Assembly (NCBI GenBank): GCA_035316885.1
Contig: DATHII010000038.1
Span: forward strand, 1-60,389
Direction of reading: 5' to 3'
Length of the DNA: 60,389 nt
From: Jiangellaceae bacterium
GTDB taxonomy: Bacteria > Actinomycetota > Actinomycetes > Jiangellales > Jiangellaceae
Position 1 is the first letter of the stretch. Each line of letters opens with the position of its first letter. Shown piece after piece: positions 28,050 through 37,310 of this stretch. Below the pieces are notes generated by a model. It was not told where the DNA came from, searched no databases, and worked only from the letters and a program-made list of their open reading frames with translations. Made by a program: the position numbers and the translations under genes.

Positions 28050-28723
28050 TGCGCGTCGCCATCGCCGGCGCCGGCAACGTGGGCCGGTCCATCGCCTCCG
28101 AGCTCCTGCACAACGGCCACGAGGTGCTGCTGATCGACCGCGAGCCCAAGGCGATCCGGGCGGCCAGCGTGCCGGAGGCCGAGTGGTTGCTCGCCGACGC
28201 CTGCGAGCTGTCCCGGCTCGAGGAGGCCGCGCTCGAACGGTGCAATGTCGTGATCGCCGCCACCGGCGACGACAAGGCCAACCTCGTCGTGTCGCTGCTC
28301 GCGAAGACCGAGTTCGGCGTGCCTCGGGTGGTGGCGCGGGTCAACCATCCCCAGAACGAGTGGCTGTTCAACGAGTCATGGGGTGTCGACGTCTCAGTCT
28401 CCACGCCGCGGATCATGAGCGCTCTCGTCGAGGAGGCGGTCAGCGTCGGAGACCTGGTCCGGCTGTTCACCTTCCGCCAGGGCGAGGCCAACCTGGTCGA
28501 GCTCACGCTGCCCGACGACTCCCCTATCGTCGGCACCGCGATCGCCGACGTGGCCTGGCCCGCCGACACCACGCTCGTGTCCGTCATCCGGGGCAAGCAC
28601 GTCCACGTCCCGCTGGCCGATCTCCCGCTCGAGGCACACGACGAGCTGCTGTTCGTCGCCGCCCCCGACCGCGAGCAGCAGCTCGAGGATCTGCTCTCCC
28701 CCCACGGGGCGCCGAGCCGGTGA
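28049..28723 (+). CDS. trkA: TrkA-family K+ uptake regulatory protein (second copy)
   Basis: End of ORF 27299-28723. ATG at 28049 overlaps the previous stop (TGATG). MRVAIAGAGNVGRSIASELL. Confidence 0.9.
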   Translation: MRVAIAGAGNVGRSIASELLHNGHEVLLIDREPKAIRAASVPEAEWLLADACELSRLEEAALERCNVVIAATGDDKANLVVSLLAKTEFGVPRVVARVNHPQNEWLFNESWGVDVSVSTPRIMSALVEEAVSVGDLVRLFTFRQGEANLVELTLPDDSPIVGTAIADVAWPADTTLVSVIRGKHVHVPLADLPLEAHDELLFVAAPDREQQLEDLLSPHGAPSR

Positions 28724-28735
28724 CCGTCCCGACTG

Positions 28736-29410
28736 TCAGGCCGTCGGGGTCTGCTGGCCTGCAGGCTGCTGTTGGTGGGCGCGGTATGCAGGCCGGACGA
28801 TCAGCCAGGACAGGTACGCCACCAGCAGGAACAGCGGCCAGCTCATGACCAGCCGGGCACCCGCGAGCCAGCCGAGCTGCTCCTCGCCGGCGAGGTAGAG
28901 CGGCACCTGGACGGCGAGCCGGAGCGCGAACATGGCCACCCACAGCGCGCTGGCCAGGGTGTAGGCACGCAGCAGGGCAGGATCCCGGCGCCAGGATGTG
29001 CCCTGTCCCGTGACCAAGCCGACGAACACCCCGAGCAGGGGCCACCGCACCAGGATCGAGACGAGGTATGCCGTGCCGTAGCCGACATTGATGAGCAGCC
29101 CGGGGAGGAACACGTCTTCTGCGCGCCCCGTTCGCGCCGCCACGAACACCGCGAGGCCTAGGCCGACGAAGCCGGCGACGACGTTCTGCAGCGGCTCGCG
29201 GCGGATCAGCCGCAGCACGCCCAACACGGCGCCGGCCCCGACCGCAGCCCACAGCGCGATCGCCAGGTCGCGTCCGGCGGCCGCATACACCGCCGTGAAC
29301 AGGGCCAGCGGCAGCCCGGCGTCCAGGAATGCGCTCGGGCTGAGCGCGTCGCCGGCCCGGAAACGGTCGCGGGTCGCAATGGCGGCGACGCCCGGCCGCG
29401 GCTCCGTCAC
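28736..29410 (-). CDS. DUF3159-like membrane protein
   Basis: Last 224 codons of ORF 28736-29764. GTG at 29410 overlaps the upstream stop (GTGA). Six hydrophobic helices. Conserved position next to trkA. Confidence 0.78.
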   Translation of the reverse strand: MTEPRPGVAAIATRDRFRAGDALSPSAFLDAGLPLALFTAVYAAAGRDLAIALWAAVGAGAVLGVLRLIRREPLQNVVAGFVGLGLAVFVAARTGRAEDVFLPGLLINVGYGTAYLVSILVRWPLLGVFVGLVTGQGTSWRRDPALLRAYTLASALWVAMFALRLAVQVPLYLAGEEQLGWLAGARLVMSWPLFLLVAYLSWLIVRPAYRAHQQQPAGQQTPTA

Positions 29411-29796
29411 GCCGCTTCCCCCGTGAGGAGCTCGTACTCCGGGTTGTACATGACCCGGCGGCCGTCGACCGCCGACACGCGGCCGTTCACCACCAGGTTG
29501 CGCCCGCTGTCGACCCCGGCGATGCGCCGCCGGCCCAGCCAGATGAGCGTGAGCACGTCGGAGCCGTCGTACAACTCGGCTTCGAGGGCGGGCACCCCGG
29601 CGCGCGGCTGCAGCGTCACGGTGTGCAGGACACCGCGCACCCTCGCCCGTTCGCGGTCGCCGACCTGCGACAGCGGTACGCATCCCGCTACCTGGGCATC
29701 CTTGCGCAGCACCGCGGCATCGATCTCGGACTCGGGGGCGGCCCAGCGGGTCAATGCGCGCCACACGCCGCGGTGACCCGACTTGCCGTTGCTCAC
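29407..29796 (-). CDS. OB-fold nucleic-acid-binding domain protein
   Basis: ORF 29407-29796. The pattern RVRGVLHTVTLQPRAGVPALEAELYDGSDVLTLIWLGRRRIAG is typical of the conserved actinobacterial OB-fold protein in this operon. Confidence 0.75.
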   Translation of the reverse strand: MSNGKSGHRGVWRALTRWAAPESEIDAAVLRKDAQVAGCVPLSQVGDRERARVRGVLHTVTLQPRAGVPALEAELYDGSDVLTLIWLGRRRIAGVDSGRNLVVNGRVSAVDGRRVMYNPEYELLTGEAA

Positions 29797-29817
29797 GTCT
29801 GACGAGCCTACCCGCCG

Positions 29818-30540
29818 TCAGGATGCAGGTGGCTCCGCCGCCAGGCCGGACGGCTCCGCCGCTGCGGTCTCGGGTTGCGTGGGCGCCGTCACGGCGATCA
29901 CGTCGCCCGGCGCCATCGGCCGGTCGCCCCGGACTACCACCACGTCGCGCACGACCTGGACGAGCCGCGCGAAGACGTGTGCATCGGTGGTCGCCTTACC
30001 GAGAAAGGTGGCCCGCAGCATCCACCGCGGGCCGTCGATGCCCGCGACCCGCGAGGCCTGCACACCGCTCTTGCCCTCGGCGGTCGTCACCGGGACCACG
30101 ATGCGAACCTCGGTGCCGAACGGCCCGGGCGCCTCCGTGACGGTGCCACCGCGGCGGCGCGCCTCGGTCGCCACCTGCAACCGGGTCTGCTCCCACAGCC
30201 CCGAGCTGCGCGGAGCGGCCACCGCGATCAACTGGACCGCGGCACCCTCGTGGACCACCATCACGGCGGTTCCGTTGCCGGAGCGCTCGTCCACCTGGAC
30301 CTGCAGTTTCATGGCGGGGCCGATCCGCATGTGCAGTCCACCGAGGTCGACCCGAGCCACTCCTGACTCCGCGGGGTCGATCTCGGAGATGTCGAGCGGT
30401 CCGTCCGGGCGCGGTGTCTTGGCCGGTTCGCCGACCGGTTCGTCATCCGCGGTATCGGCGGACAGGGCGTCCTCGGCTGCCGCCCGGTCGGCATCCTGAG
30501 CGGTGACGGCCCCGGCCCCGCGACGTCGGCGTCGGAACAC
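29818..30540 (-). CDS. DUF3710 family protein
   Basis: ORF 29818-30540. Motifs: GPLDISEIDP, VDLGGLHMRIGPAMKLQVQVDE, GIDGPRWMLRATFLG. It lies immediately downstream of dut. Confidence 0.85.
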   Translation of the reverse strand: MFRRRRRGAGAVTAQDADRAAAEDALSADTADDEPVGEPAKTPRPDGPLDISEIDPAESGVARVDLGGLHMRIGPAMKLQVQVDERSGNGTAVMVVHEGAAVQLIAVAAPRSSGLWEQTRLQVATEARRRGGTVTEAPGPFGTEVRIVVPVTTAEGKSGVQASRVAGIDGPRWMLRATFLGKATTDAHVFARLVQVVRDVVVVRGDRPMAPGDVIAVTAPTQPETAAAEPSGLAAEPPAS

Positions 30541-30543
30541 CGT

Positions 30544-31020
30544 CTATCCCCTTCCGTCGCTGCCGGAGCCGGCCGACGAGAGCCCCGTCGACCCGTACCC
30601 GTCCGCGCCGCGCGCCGACCCGGGAAGGCGCTCGACCTCGCGGAACCGCGCACGCTCGACCCGCTGGACGACGAGTTGCGCGATGCGGTCGCCGCGTCGG
30701 AACGTGACGGGCTCGCTCCGATCGTGGTTGACGAGCACCACCTTGATCTCGCCCCGGTACCCGGCGTCGACCGTGCCCGGGGCGTTGACGATCGCGACGC
30801 CGTGCCGCTGCGCCAGGCCCGAACGCGGATGGACGAACGCAGCGTAACCCTCGGGCAGGGCCACGGCGATGCCCGTACCCACCAGCAGCCTCTCCCCTGG
30901 CTCGAGGGTGACATCGGCCGTGGTCACCAGGTCGGCCCCGGCGTCGCCCGGGTGTGCGTACGTCGGTAGCGGGACGTCAGGGTCCAGCCGGACGACGAGG
31001 ATTTCGGCCGGGAAGCTCAC
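30544..31020 (-). CDS. dut: dUTP diphosphatase
   Basis: ORF 30544-31020. Motifs: [28 protein letters not shown]. Confidence 0.95.
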   Translation of the reverse strand: MSFPAEILVVRLDPDVPLPTYAHPGDAGADLVTTADVTLEPGERLLVGTGIAVALPEGYAAFVHPRSGLAQRHGVAIVNAPGTVDAGYRGEIKVVLVNHDRSEPVTFRRGDRIAQLVVQRVERARFREVERLPGSARGADGYGSTGLSSAGSGSDGRG

Positions 31021-31637
31021 GGGTTGACCTCGAGCGCCCGCGCCGCGTACCGGACGTCGTCACGGGTCACCGCGGCCTGGACGTCCTGCGGCCGGCCGTG
31101 GCGACGGAAGTGCTCGACCTCGACCATGACGAACACTGCGCGGGCCCGTACGGCGACCGGCCCGTCGGGGGCATCGGAACGGCCGACGGCGCTCACGTAG
31201 AGCTTCCGTCCGAACCGGCCGTCGACCTGAGCGGTGATGTGCAGCGTGGTGCCCACCGGTACCGGCCGGCGGAAGTCGGTCTCGAGATGCCCGGTGACCG
31301 CAGGTGTGGCCACCAGCCAGATCAGCGACCCGAGCACCTCGTCGAAGGCGAGCGCCAGCATGCCGCCGTGGGCAAGCCCGGGTGCACCCTGGTGGTTCTC
31401 GGTCACCGTGAATCGCCCCGAGAGCGTCAAGCCTTCCCCGGCGGTGACCACCATTCGCAGGCCGGTGGGATGGTCGTGCCCGCAGCCGACGCACAGGTGG
31501 TAGTGCGAGGCGATCTGCTCCCCGGGTGCTGGCGCATCCAGATGGCGCGGGGGGAGCACGGCATCGGCAGGAACTCCCACCGGCGATGCGGCACGCTCGG
31601 TCACGGACCGTGACCCTACCCGCGGGCCCGGCACCAT
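31017..31637 (-). CDS. PaaI/hotdog-fold thioesterase
   Basis: ORF 31017-31637. [22 protein letters not shown] is a hotdog thioesterase motif. [12 protein letters not shown] segment. An alternative GTG start lies at 31604. The stop overlaps the dut start. Confidence 0.75.
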   Translation of the reverse strand: MVPGPRVGSRSVTERAASPVGVPADAVLPPRHLDAPAPGEQIASHYHLCVGCGHDHPTGLRMVVTAGEGLTLSGRFTVTENHQGAPGLAHGGMLALAFDEVLGSLIWLVATPAVTGHLETDFRRPVPVGTTLHITAQVDGRFGRKLYVSAVGRSDAPDGPVAVRARAVFVMVEVEHFRRHGRPQDVQAAVTRDDVRYAARALEVNP

Positions 31638-31656
31638 ACGGTGGGACCCTGCGGAG

Positions 31657-32121
31657 GTGCGGACCTACCGGGAACGTCTGCGGGTGCCTGCCTCATGGTG
31701 GCTGATGCCCGTGGCGGCTGCCACATCCGCGTGGCTGGCCTACCAGCACGCCTTCGGACCGGCGGTGTCGGTACCGGTGGCCGGTGTCGTGGTGGCCTTC
31801 GTGGGAGGCGGATTGTTCGCGTACGGTCGCGCCACGGTGGCGGTTGACGACGATGCGTTCGTCGCGGGGAGGGCCCGGCTGCCGCTGTGGGCGGTAGGGA
31901 AGGTCGCGGCGCTATCGGCGGTCGAGGCTCGGGCCGCCCGGGGACCGGATGCCGATCCCCGCGTCTACCTGCTCGTCCGGGGGTATGTCGGCCCGATGGT
32001 CCGGGTCGGTGTCGACGACCCGGACGACCCGGTGCCGTACTGGCTGGTGTCGACGCGCCATCCGCAACCGCTCGTGGCCGCATTGGAGGCCGCCCGCGGC
32101 GCCGCGAAGCGGGCCTCCTGA
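31657..32121 (+). CDS. DUF3093 family membrane protein
   Basis: ORF 31657-32121. MRTYRERLRVPASWW, two TM helices, then GRARLPLWAVG and YWLVSTRHP. Confidence 0.8.
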   Translation: MRTYRERLRVPASWWLMPVAAATSAWLAYQHAFGPAVSVPVAGVVVAFVGGGLFAYGRATVAVDDDAFVAGRARLPLWAVGKVAALSAVEARAARGPDADPRVYLLVRGYVGPMVRVGVDDPDDPVPYWLVSTRHPQPLVAALEAARGAAKRAS

Positions 32122-32248
32122 CCCCTGGCGGCGACCGCGCCTGCTCTTATGAAGAGAAGCGGCCCGCGGCCGAGAAACCCCTGCCACGGACCGCTCCCGA
32201 GCGGCTCGACCGGATGTCTGGCCGCCTCGCGCGGACTCCTGGTGCGCG

Positions 32249-32548
32249 TCACGCCGCGCAGTCGCGGCATACGAACTGGCCGTTCTTCTCGCCCGCGAGC
32301 TGGCTTCGGTGGTGGACGAGAAAGCACTGCGAACAGGTGAACTCGTCCGCCTGCCGAGGCAGCACGCGCACGGCGAGCTCCTCGTTCGACAGGTCAGCGC
32401 CGGGAAGCTCGAGCGACTCGGCCAGTTCGGTCTCGTCGACGTCGACGATGCCGGACGACTTGTCCATGCGGCGGTTCTTCAGCTCCTCGATGGAGTCCTC
32501 GGACAACTCGTCGTCGGTCTTGCGCGGGGCGTCGTAGTCGGTTGCCAT
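32249..32548 (-). CDS. DUF4193 family protein
   Basis: ORF 32249-32548. MATDYDAPRKTDDELSEDSIEELK ... FTCSQCFLVHHRSQL ... VCRDCA, the classic DUF4193 sequence. Confidence 0.9.
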   Translation of the reverse strand: MATDYDAPRKTDDELSEDSIEELKNRRMDKSSGIVDVDETELAESLELPGADLSNEELAVRVLPRQADEFTCSQCFLVHHRSQLAGEKNGQFVCRDCAA

Positions 32549-32784
32549 CAGATGGATCCCCCTTGCATTGGCGGTCGTGTCTCCTCGTTCGGTTGGGTGG
32601 ACCGTGACCCTGCTAACGCACGGAGGCCGCTGGTTGTGCCCGAACTGCGGCGCGAATTCTGCCTCAAGATCCGCCGCAGACGGGAACCGCCCCGCCGAGC
32701 ACGCCGAAGATCCTCCTCGAGGGTGAGGCGGGTACCGTCCTCAAGGTCGACGCAACGGTAGAACCGGACACCAGGGGAGGCAGC

Positions 32785-33720
32785 GTGCTCGAGCTGGTCG
32801 GCGTGTCGAAGCGGTACGGCGAGGTCGTTGCCCTCGACGACCTGCACCTCACCGTACGCCCGGGGCAGATGTACGGGTTCGTGGGCACGAACGGCGCCGG
32901 CAAGACCACTGCGATGCGCATTGTCCTCGGGGTGCTGGACGCCGACGCGGGCGACGTCCGCTGGCAGGGTCGTCCACTCGACGCCGGGATCCGTCGCGAG
33001 TTCGGCTACATGCCCGAGGAGCGCGGCCTGTACCCGAAGATGCGGTTGCTCGAGCAGCTCGTCTTCCTGGCCCGGCTGCGCGGCACGGACGCCGCCACGG
33101 CGACGGCCTCGGCGTCGTCCCTGCTGGAGCGCTTCGGCCTCGCCGGTCGCGCCGGCGACCGGGTCGAGGAGCTGTCCCTGGGCAACCAGCAGCGCGTCCA
33201 GCTCGCGGCGGCGCTCGTCCACGACCCGAGGGTGCTCGTTCTCGACGAGCCGTTCAGCGGTCTCGACCCGGTTGGGGTCGACGCGATGGCTACCGTGCTC
33301 CGGGAGCGAGTCGACGGCGGTGCGGCACTGGTCTTCTCCAGCCACCAGCTCGACCTGGTCGAACGGCTCTGCGACGCCGTCGGCATCATCCGCGCCGGCA
33401 CCCTGGTCGCCGACGGGACGGTGGCAGAGCTGCGCGGTGGTAGCGGCTCCCGCCGGTACCGCCTGTCGGTCGACGGGCCCGAGGGGTGGGCCGACCGACT
33501 CGTGGCCGCCGTCGACGGAGCGGCGGTGCTCGACCACGGACCCGCCGGCGCGCCCGCCCTCATCGAGCTTCCGCGCGATGCCGACGACCAGGTGTTGCTC
33601 GCAGCTGCGCTCCGGATCGGGCCGGTCCGACAGTTCGCTGCGGCCGAGCCCACCCTGGTGGAGATGTTCCGCGAGGTCGTCTCCGAACACGCCGAGCCCG
33701 AGGAGGAGGTTGCTGCTTGA
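32785..33720 (+). CDS. ABC transporter ATP-binding protein
   Basis: ORF 32785-33720. GTG follows GGGGAGG. Walker A GTNGAGKTT, signature LSLGNQQR, Walker B LVLDEPFSGLD. Confidence 0.92.
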   Translation: MLELVGVSKRYGEVVALDDLHLTVRPGQMYGFVGTNGAGKTTAMRIVLGVLDADAGDVRWQGRPLDAGIRREFGYMPEERGLYPKMRLLEQLVFLARLRGTDAATATASASSLLERFGLAGRAGDRVEELSLGNQQRVQLAAALVHDPRVLVLDEPFSGLDPVGVDAMATVLRERVDGGAALVFSSHQLDLVERLCDAVGIIRAGTLVADGTVAELRGGSGSRRYRLSVDGPEGWADRLVAAVDGAAVLDHGPAGAPALIELPRDADDQVLLAAALRIGPVRQFAAAEPTLVEMFREVVSEHAEPEEEVAA

Positions 33721-34919
33721 TGTCGCGTGCGCTGTCCTTCCGCGAAGCCGTGGCGCTAGTGGCCAGGCGTGAGTTCATGCAGCGTGCACGCGACCGGTCG
33801 TTCTTCGTGTCCACGGCGATCACGATCGCCATCATCATTGTGGTCGTGGTCTTCCCCCGTGCTCTCAGCTTCGGTGCCGACGAGTACCAGGTCGCGTTCC
33901 CGGGACCGGACGGCGGCGCCCTGCAGGCCGCCGCCGAGGCACAGGCCGAGCTCGCCGACGTCGACCTCACAGTCGTCGACGTCGCCGACCCGGGTGAGGC
34001 AGAGGCACGGGTCCGTGAGGGAAGCCTCGATGCCTACGTCGAGGGCGACTCCGTGGTGGTCGAACGCGACCTCGCGTCGTCGCTACGCGTGGTCCTCGAG
34101 AACTCCCACAGCGCCGTCTCGGGGACCCGGGCACTCGAGGAGGCGGGAATCGACGCGGATCAGGTGGCATCGGCCCTCGAGACCGCGCGGCTCGATCTGG
34201 TCACGCTCGACCCGGAGGCCGACGAGCGGACGACGCGCGGTGCGATCGCGTTCATCGGAGCGCTCGTCCTCTACGGCCAGTTGCTCGGTTACGGCTTCTG
34301 GGTGGCGCTCGGTGTCGTCGAGGAGAAGTCGAGCCGGGTCGTCGAGGTCCTGCTCTCGGCCATTCCGGCACGCGCCCTGCTGGCGGGCAAGGTGCTCGGC
34401 ATCGGAGCGCTGGGCCTGTCCCAGCTCCTGCTCATCTCGGTCGTGGCGCTCGGGGCCGCCGCTCTCACCGGGTCGATCGCACTGGACGCGTCGATGCTGC
34501 AACCGATCGGCCTCGTGCTCGGTTGGTTCGTCCTCGGCTACGTCGCCTATGCGTGCATGTCCGCTGCAGCCGCCGCGCGGGTCTCCCGGCAGGAGGAGCT
34601 GCAGAACGCCACGACCCCGTTGACGATGCTGGCGATGGTCTCGTTCTTCGCCAGCTTCTACGTCTTCTTCAATCCCAGCGGCACCGGACCGACGATCGTT
34701 TCGATGATCCCGCCGGTGAGTGCGCTGGCGATGCCGATCCGGATGGCGCGTGGCGATGCCGCGCCCTGGGAGGTCGGTCTGGCCCTCGTGCTGATGCTTG
34801 CGCTGATCGCGGGCCTGGTCGTGGTCGCCGGCCGGGTGTACGAGGGCGCGGTACTGCGCATGGGTGCCAAGGTTCCGCTCGCCGAGGCGTGGCGCTCAGG
34901 ACGCCGAACCCGCGCCTAG
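33720..34919 (+). CDS. ABC-2 type transporter permease
   Basis: Part of ORF 33486-34919. ATG at 33720 overlaps the ATPase stop. One N-terminal TM helix, a large extracytoplasmic loop, then 5 TM helices. Confidence 0.85.
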   Translation: MSRALSFREAVALVARREFMQRARDRSFFVSTAITIAIIIVVVVFPRALSFGADEYQVAFPGPDGGALQAAAEAQAELADVDLTVVDVADPGEAEARVREGSLDAYVEGDSVVVERDLASSLRVVLENSHSAVSGTRALEEAGIDADQVASALETARLDLVTLDPEADERTTRGAIAFIGALVLYGQLLGYGFWVALGVVEEKSSRVVEVLLSAIPARALLAGKVLGIGALGLSQLLLISVVALGAAALTGSIALDASMLQPIGLVLGWFVLGYVAYACMSAAAAARVSRQEELQNATTPLTMLAMVSFFASFYVFFNPSGTGPTIVSMIPPVSALAMPIRMARGDAAPWEVGLALVLMLALIAGLVVVAGRVYEGAVLRMGAKVPLAEAWRSGRRTRA

Positions 34920-35105
34920 TTCCGGCCCGGGGACCGCCCGGCCGCCACGCACTTCAATGATCGAACAAGCGCGAAATGCGCCATCAGGGCCGCATGACGC
35001 CGTTCTGATCATCGGAGTCCGGAGGACCCCAAGGGACTGAACGGGATCGGTGTGAGATCGGCGCCCGGGCACTGTGACGTCTGTGTTGCCCAGGCAGCCA
35101 CATCT

Positions 35106-35149
35106 TCACGTCGATCATCACGGCGGCCGCCGCGACGTCACGTCGATCA
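35106..35149. repeat. 12-nt direct repeat TCACGTCGATCA (35106-35117 and 35138-35149) flanking the palindrome CGGCGGCCGCCG
   Basis: Read directly from the sequence, in a 372-nt convergent non-coding gap. Confidence 0.8.
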
Positions 35150-35291
35150 ACCGCTACATCGCCCAGCGGCGTGGGCGGGCCATAGTGCCCCCGCGCGAGC
35201 ATGCCCTGCTTTGCCCCGCTCGTGCACGCTGGGCCGCCCGGTACACCCGTTTTGTGGGGACGTCGGGGCGAAGCATTCCGGCGTGGACTTC

Positions 35292-36098
35292 TCAGCGGTC
35301 GCGATCGGCGCCCAGCGACGCCAGTAGGTCGCGCAGAGCCGGGAACAGCGCCGGACCGGCGGCGATGACGAGCTCCGAGCTGGGCGCCGCCCCACCGAGC
35401 CCTTCGACGACGACGCCGGCCTCTTCCGCGACCAGGGCCCCAGCCGCAAGGTCCCACGGCGCGAGGCCCCGTTCGTAAAAGGCGTCGAACCATCCCGTTG
35501 CGACACCGCACAGGTCGAGGGAGGCGGCCCCGAGGCGGCGGATGTCGCGCACCTGCGGCAGCACGCTACGCAGCACCTCCGCCTGCCGCGCCCGCCGGGC
35601 CGAGTCGTAGCCGAACCCGGTGGCCACGAGGGCGCGGTCCAGGCGGTCGCAGCCGGACTCGTGGACCGGCTGTCCGTCCAGCCGAGCCCCGCCGCCGCGC
35701 GCCGCCGCCCAGGTCTGCCCGCTGGTCGGGTTGTGAACGACACCGGCCACGGTTCTGCCATCGACCTGCGCCGCGATGGACACGGCGTAATGAGGGATGT
35801 CGTAGAGGTAGTTGACCGTGCCGTCGATCGGGTCGACGACCCATACGACGCCCGAGCCGCCGGCCACCGACGCCCCTTCCTCGCCCAGCATGCCGTCTTC
35901 CGGCCGTGCGGCGAGGAGCCGCTGGCGGATGAGGGCCTCCGCCGCGGTGTCGGACTCGGTCACCACGTCGGTCGGGGTGCTCTTGGTCGCCGAAACCGTC
36001 ATCCGGTCGACGGCGTCCCTGCGGTCGCGGACCAGACGGCCGGCCTCGTGAGCCACCCTGACCGCGAGGTCGAGCAGCGCCCCGGAGTCGGGGGTCAC
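35292..36098 (-). CDS. Inositol monophosphatase family protein
   Basis: Last 268 codons of ORF 35292-37244. GTG at 36098 overlaps the ferrochelatase stop. Motifs: GEEG, WVVDPIDGTVNY, GAASLDL. Confidence 0.9.
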   Translation of the reverse strand: MTPDSGALLDLAVRVAHEAGRLVRDRRDAVDRMTVSATKSTPTDVVTESDTAAEALIRQRLLAARPEDGMLGEEGASVAGGSGVVWVVDPIDGTVNYLYDIPHYAVSIAAQVDGRTVAGVVHNPTSGQTWAAARGGGARLDGQPVHESGCDRLDRALVATGFGYDSARRARQAEVLRSVLPQVRDIRRLGAASLDLCGVATGWFDAFYERGLAPWDLAAGALVAEEAGVVVEGLGGAAPSSELVIAAGPALFPALRDLLASLGADRDR

Positions 36099-37219
36099 CG
36101 CGCGCTCCCGACCGGCAAAGCCGTGTCCAGCCCGCCCAGGGCCGGCCGTGTGCGGCGGGGGTTGGGGCAGCACCCCGCCGGGCAGGCGTCGTGGGACGGC
36201 CCGGGCGGCCCGATGCTCGCCCGCACGACGGGGAGCCCTCGCTCGACGGCCGCCCTTTCGACCAGCAGGTCGCGGACCGCTGCCACGAACGCCGGGTGCG
36301 TGCCGGCGGTGGCCGCGCGCGAGGTCGGCAGGCCGGACCGGCGAGCCGTGTCGAGGGCTTCGGTGTCGAGGTCGAACACGACCTCCATGTGGTCGGATAC
36401 GAAACCGATCGGTGCGAGGACGGCGCCAGGCGCCCCTTGGCCGGCGAGCGACGCGAGGTGGTCGTTCACGTCGGGCCCGAGCCAGGGCACCTGCGGCGGG
36501 CCGCTGCGTGAGCAGTACACGAGGTCGTGTTCGTGCCGGACACCGGTGCGGGCGGCAACCTCCCTGGTGACCGCCACAACGACGGCACGGTGCTGCGCCT
36601 CGTACGCTCCCCCGCTCGGGCCGGCCGTCGCGGCCATCGCCAACGGGATCGAGTGCGTCACGTAGACCAACCGGGCTCCGGCCGCCGCCGCGGCGGGCAG
36701 GTCGCCGAGCGCCCCGACCACGGCGTCGGCGTTGGCCCGCACGAACCCGGGGTGGTCGAAACCGTGCCGGAGGCGGTCGATCCGCGGCGCGTGCGGACCC
36801 ACGACGGCGGCCGCGTCCGCGAGGTCCTCCCGGTACTGGCGGCAGCCCGCGTAGGACGAGTAGACGCTGGTGACGAACGCCGCGGCCCGGCGGACGCCGT
36901 CGTCGCGCATCCGGGTCAGCTCGTCGGCCAGGTACGGATGCCAGTTGCGGTTGCCCCAGTAGACGGGGACCGGCAGACCGGCATCGTCCAGGTCGCGTTC
37001 CAGCGCCGTGACCAGGGCCCGGTTCTGGTCGTTTATCGGGCTGCGCCCACCGAAGGCCTCGTAGTGGCGGGCGACAACCGCCAACCGCTCGGCAGGTATC
37101 CCGCGCCCGCGCGTGACGTTCTCGAGGAACGGCTGCACGTCCGAGGGTGCCTCGGGTCCGCCGAAAGAGACGACGAGCAGCGCGTCGTACGGCTCGACCG
37201 ACGTCGGATCGGGACTCAC
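36095..37219 (-). CDS. hemH: Ferrochelatase (coproporphyrin ferrochelatase type, with Cys cluster)
   Basis: Part of ORF 36095-37414, GTG at 37219. Motifs: ALLVVSFGGPE, GGRSPIN, FVSDHMEVVFDLD. Internal SYAGC plus C-terminal ACPAGCC cysteines. Confidence 0.9.
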   Translation of the reverse strand: MSPDPTSVEPYDALLVVSFGGPEAPSDVQPFLENVTRGRGIPAERLAVVARHYEAFGGRSPINDQNRALVTALERDLDDAGLPVPVYWGNRNWHPYLADELTRMRDDGVRRAAAFVTSVYSSYAGCRQYREDLADAAAVVGPHAPRIDRLRHGFDHPGFVRANADAVVGALGDLPAAAAAGARLVYVTHSIPLAMAATAGPSGGAYEAQHRAVVVAVTREVAARTGVRHEHDLVYCSRSGPPQVPWLGPDVNDHLASLAGQGAPGAVLAPIGFVSDHMEVVFDLDTEALDTARRSGLPTSRAATAGTHPAFVAAVRDLLVERAAVERGLPVVRASIGPPGPSHDACPAGCCPNPRRTRPALGGLDTALPVGSAR

Positions 37220-37310
37220 CACACCGATCCTGCCAAACCTGCACGCCGCCGGCCGAGCCGCACCCGAAACCGAGAGGCGACCGATCACGATCATGGGGCA
37301 GGGTGAGGGA

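Noticed and set aside
34961-34976. TCGAACAAGCGCGAAA considered as an actinobacterial LexA/SOS box (TCGAAC-N4-GTTCGA)
   Set aside because: Only the left half-site matches; the right half matches 2 of 6 positions. It lies in a convergent gap with no promoter to regulate.
34920-35291. Long gap checked for a tRNA or other structured RNA gene
   Set aside because: I found no T-loop GGTTCGAAT-type motif, no cloverleaf-compatible stems and no CCA-adjacent acceptor. It is left unassigned and reported as a finding instead.
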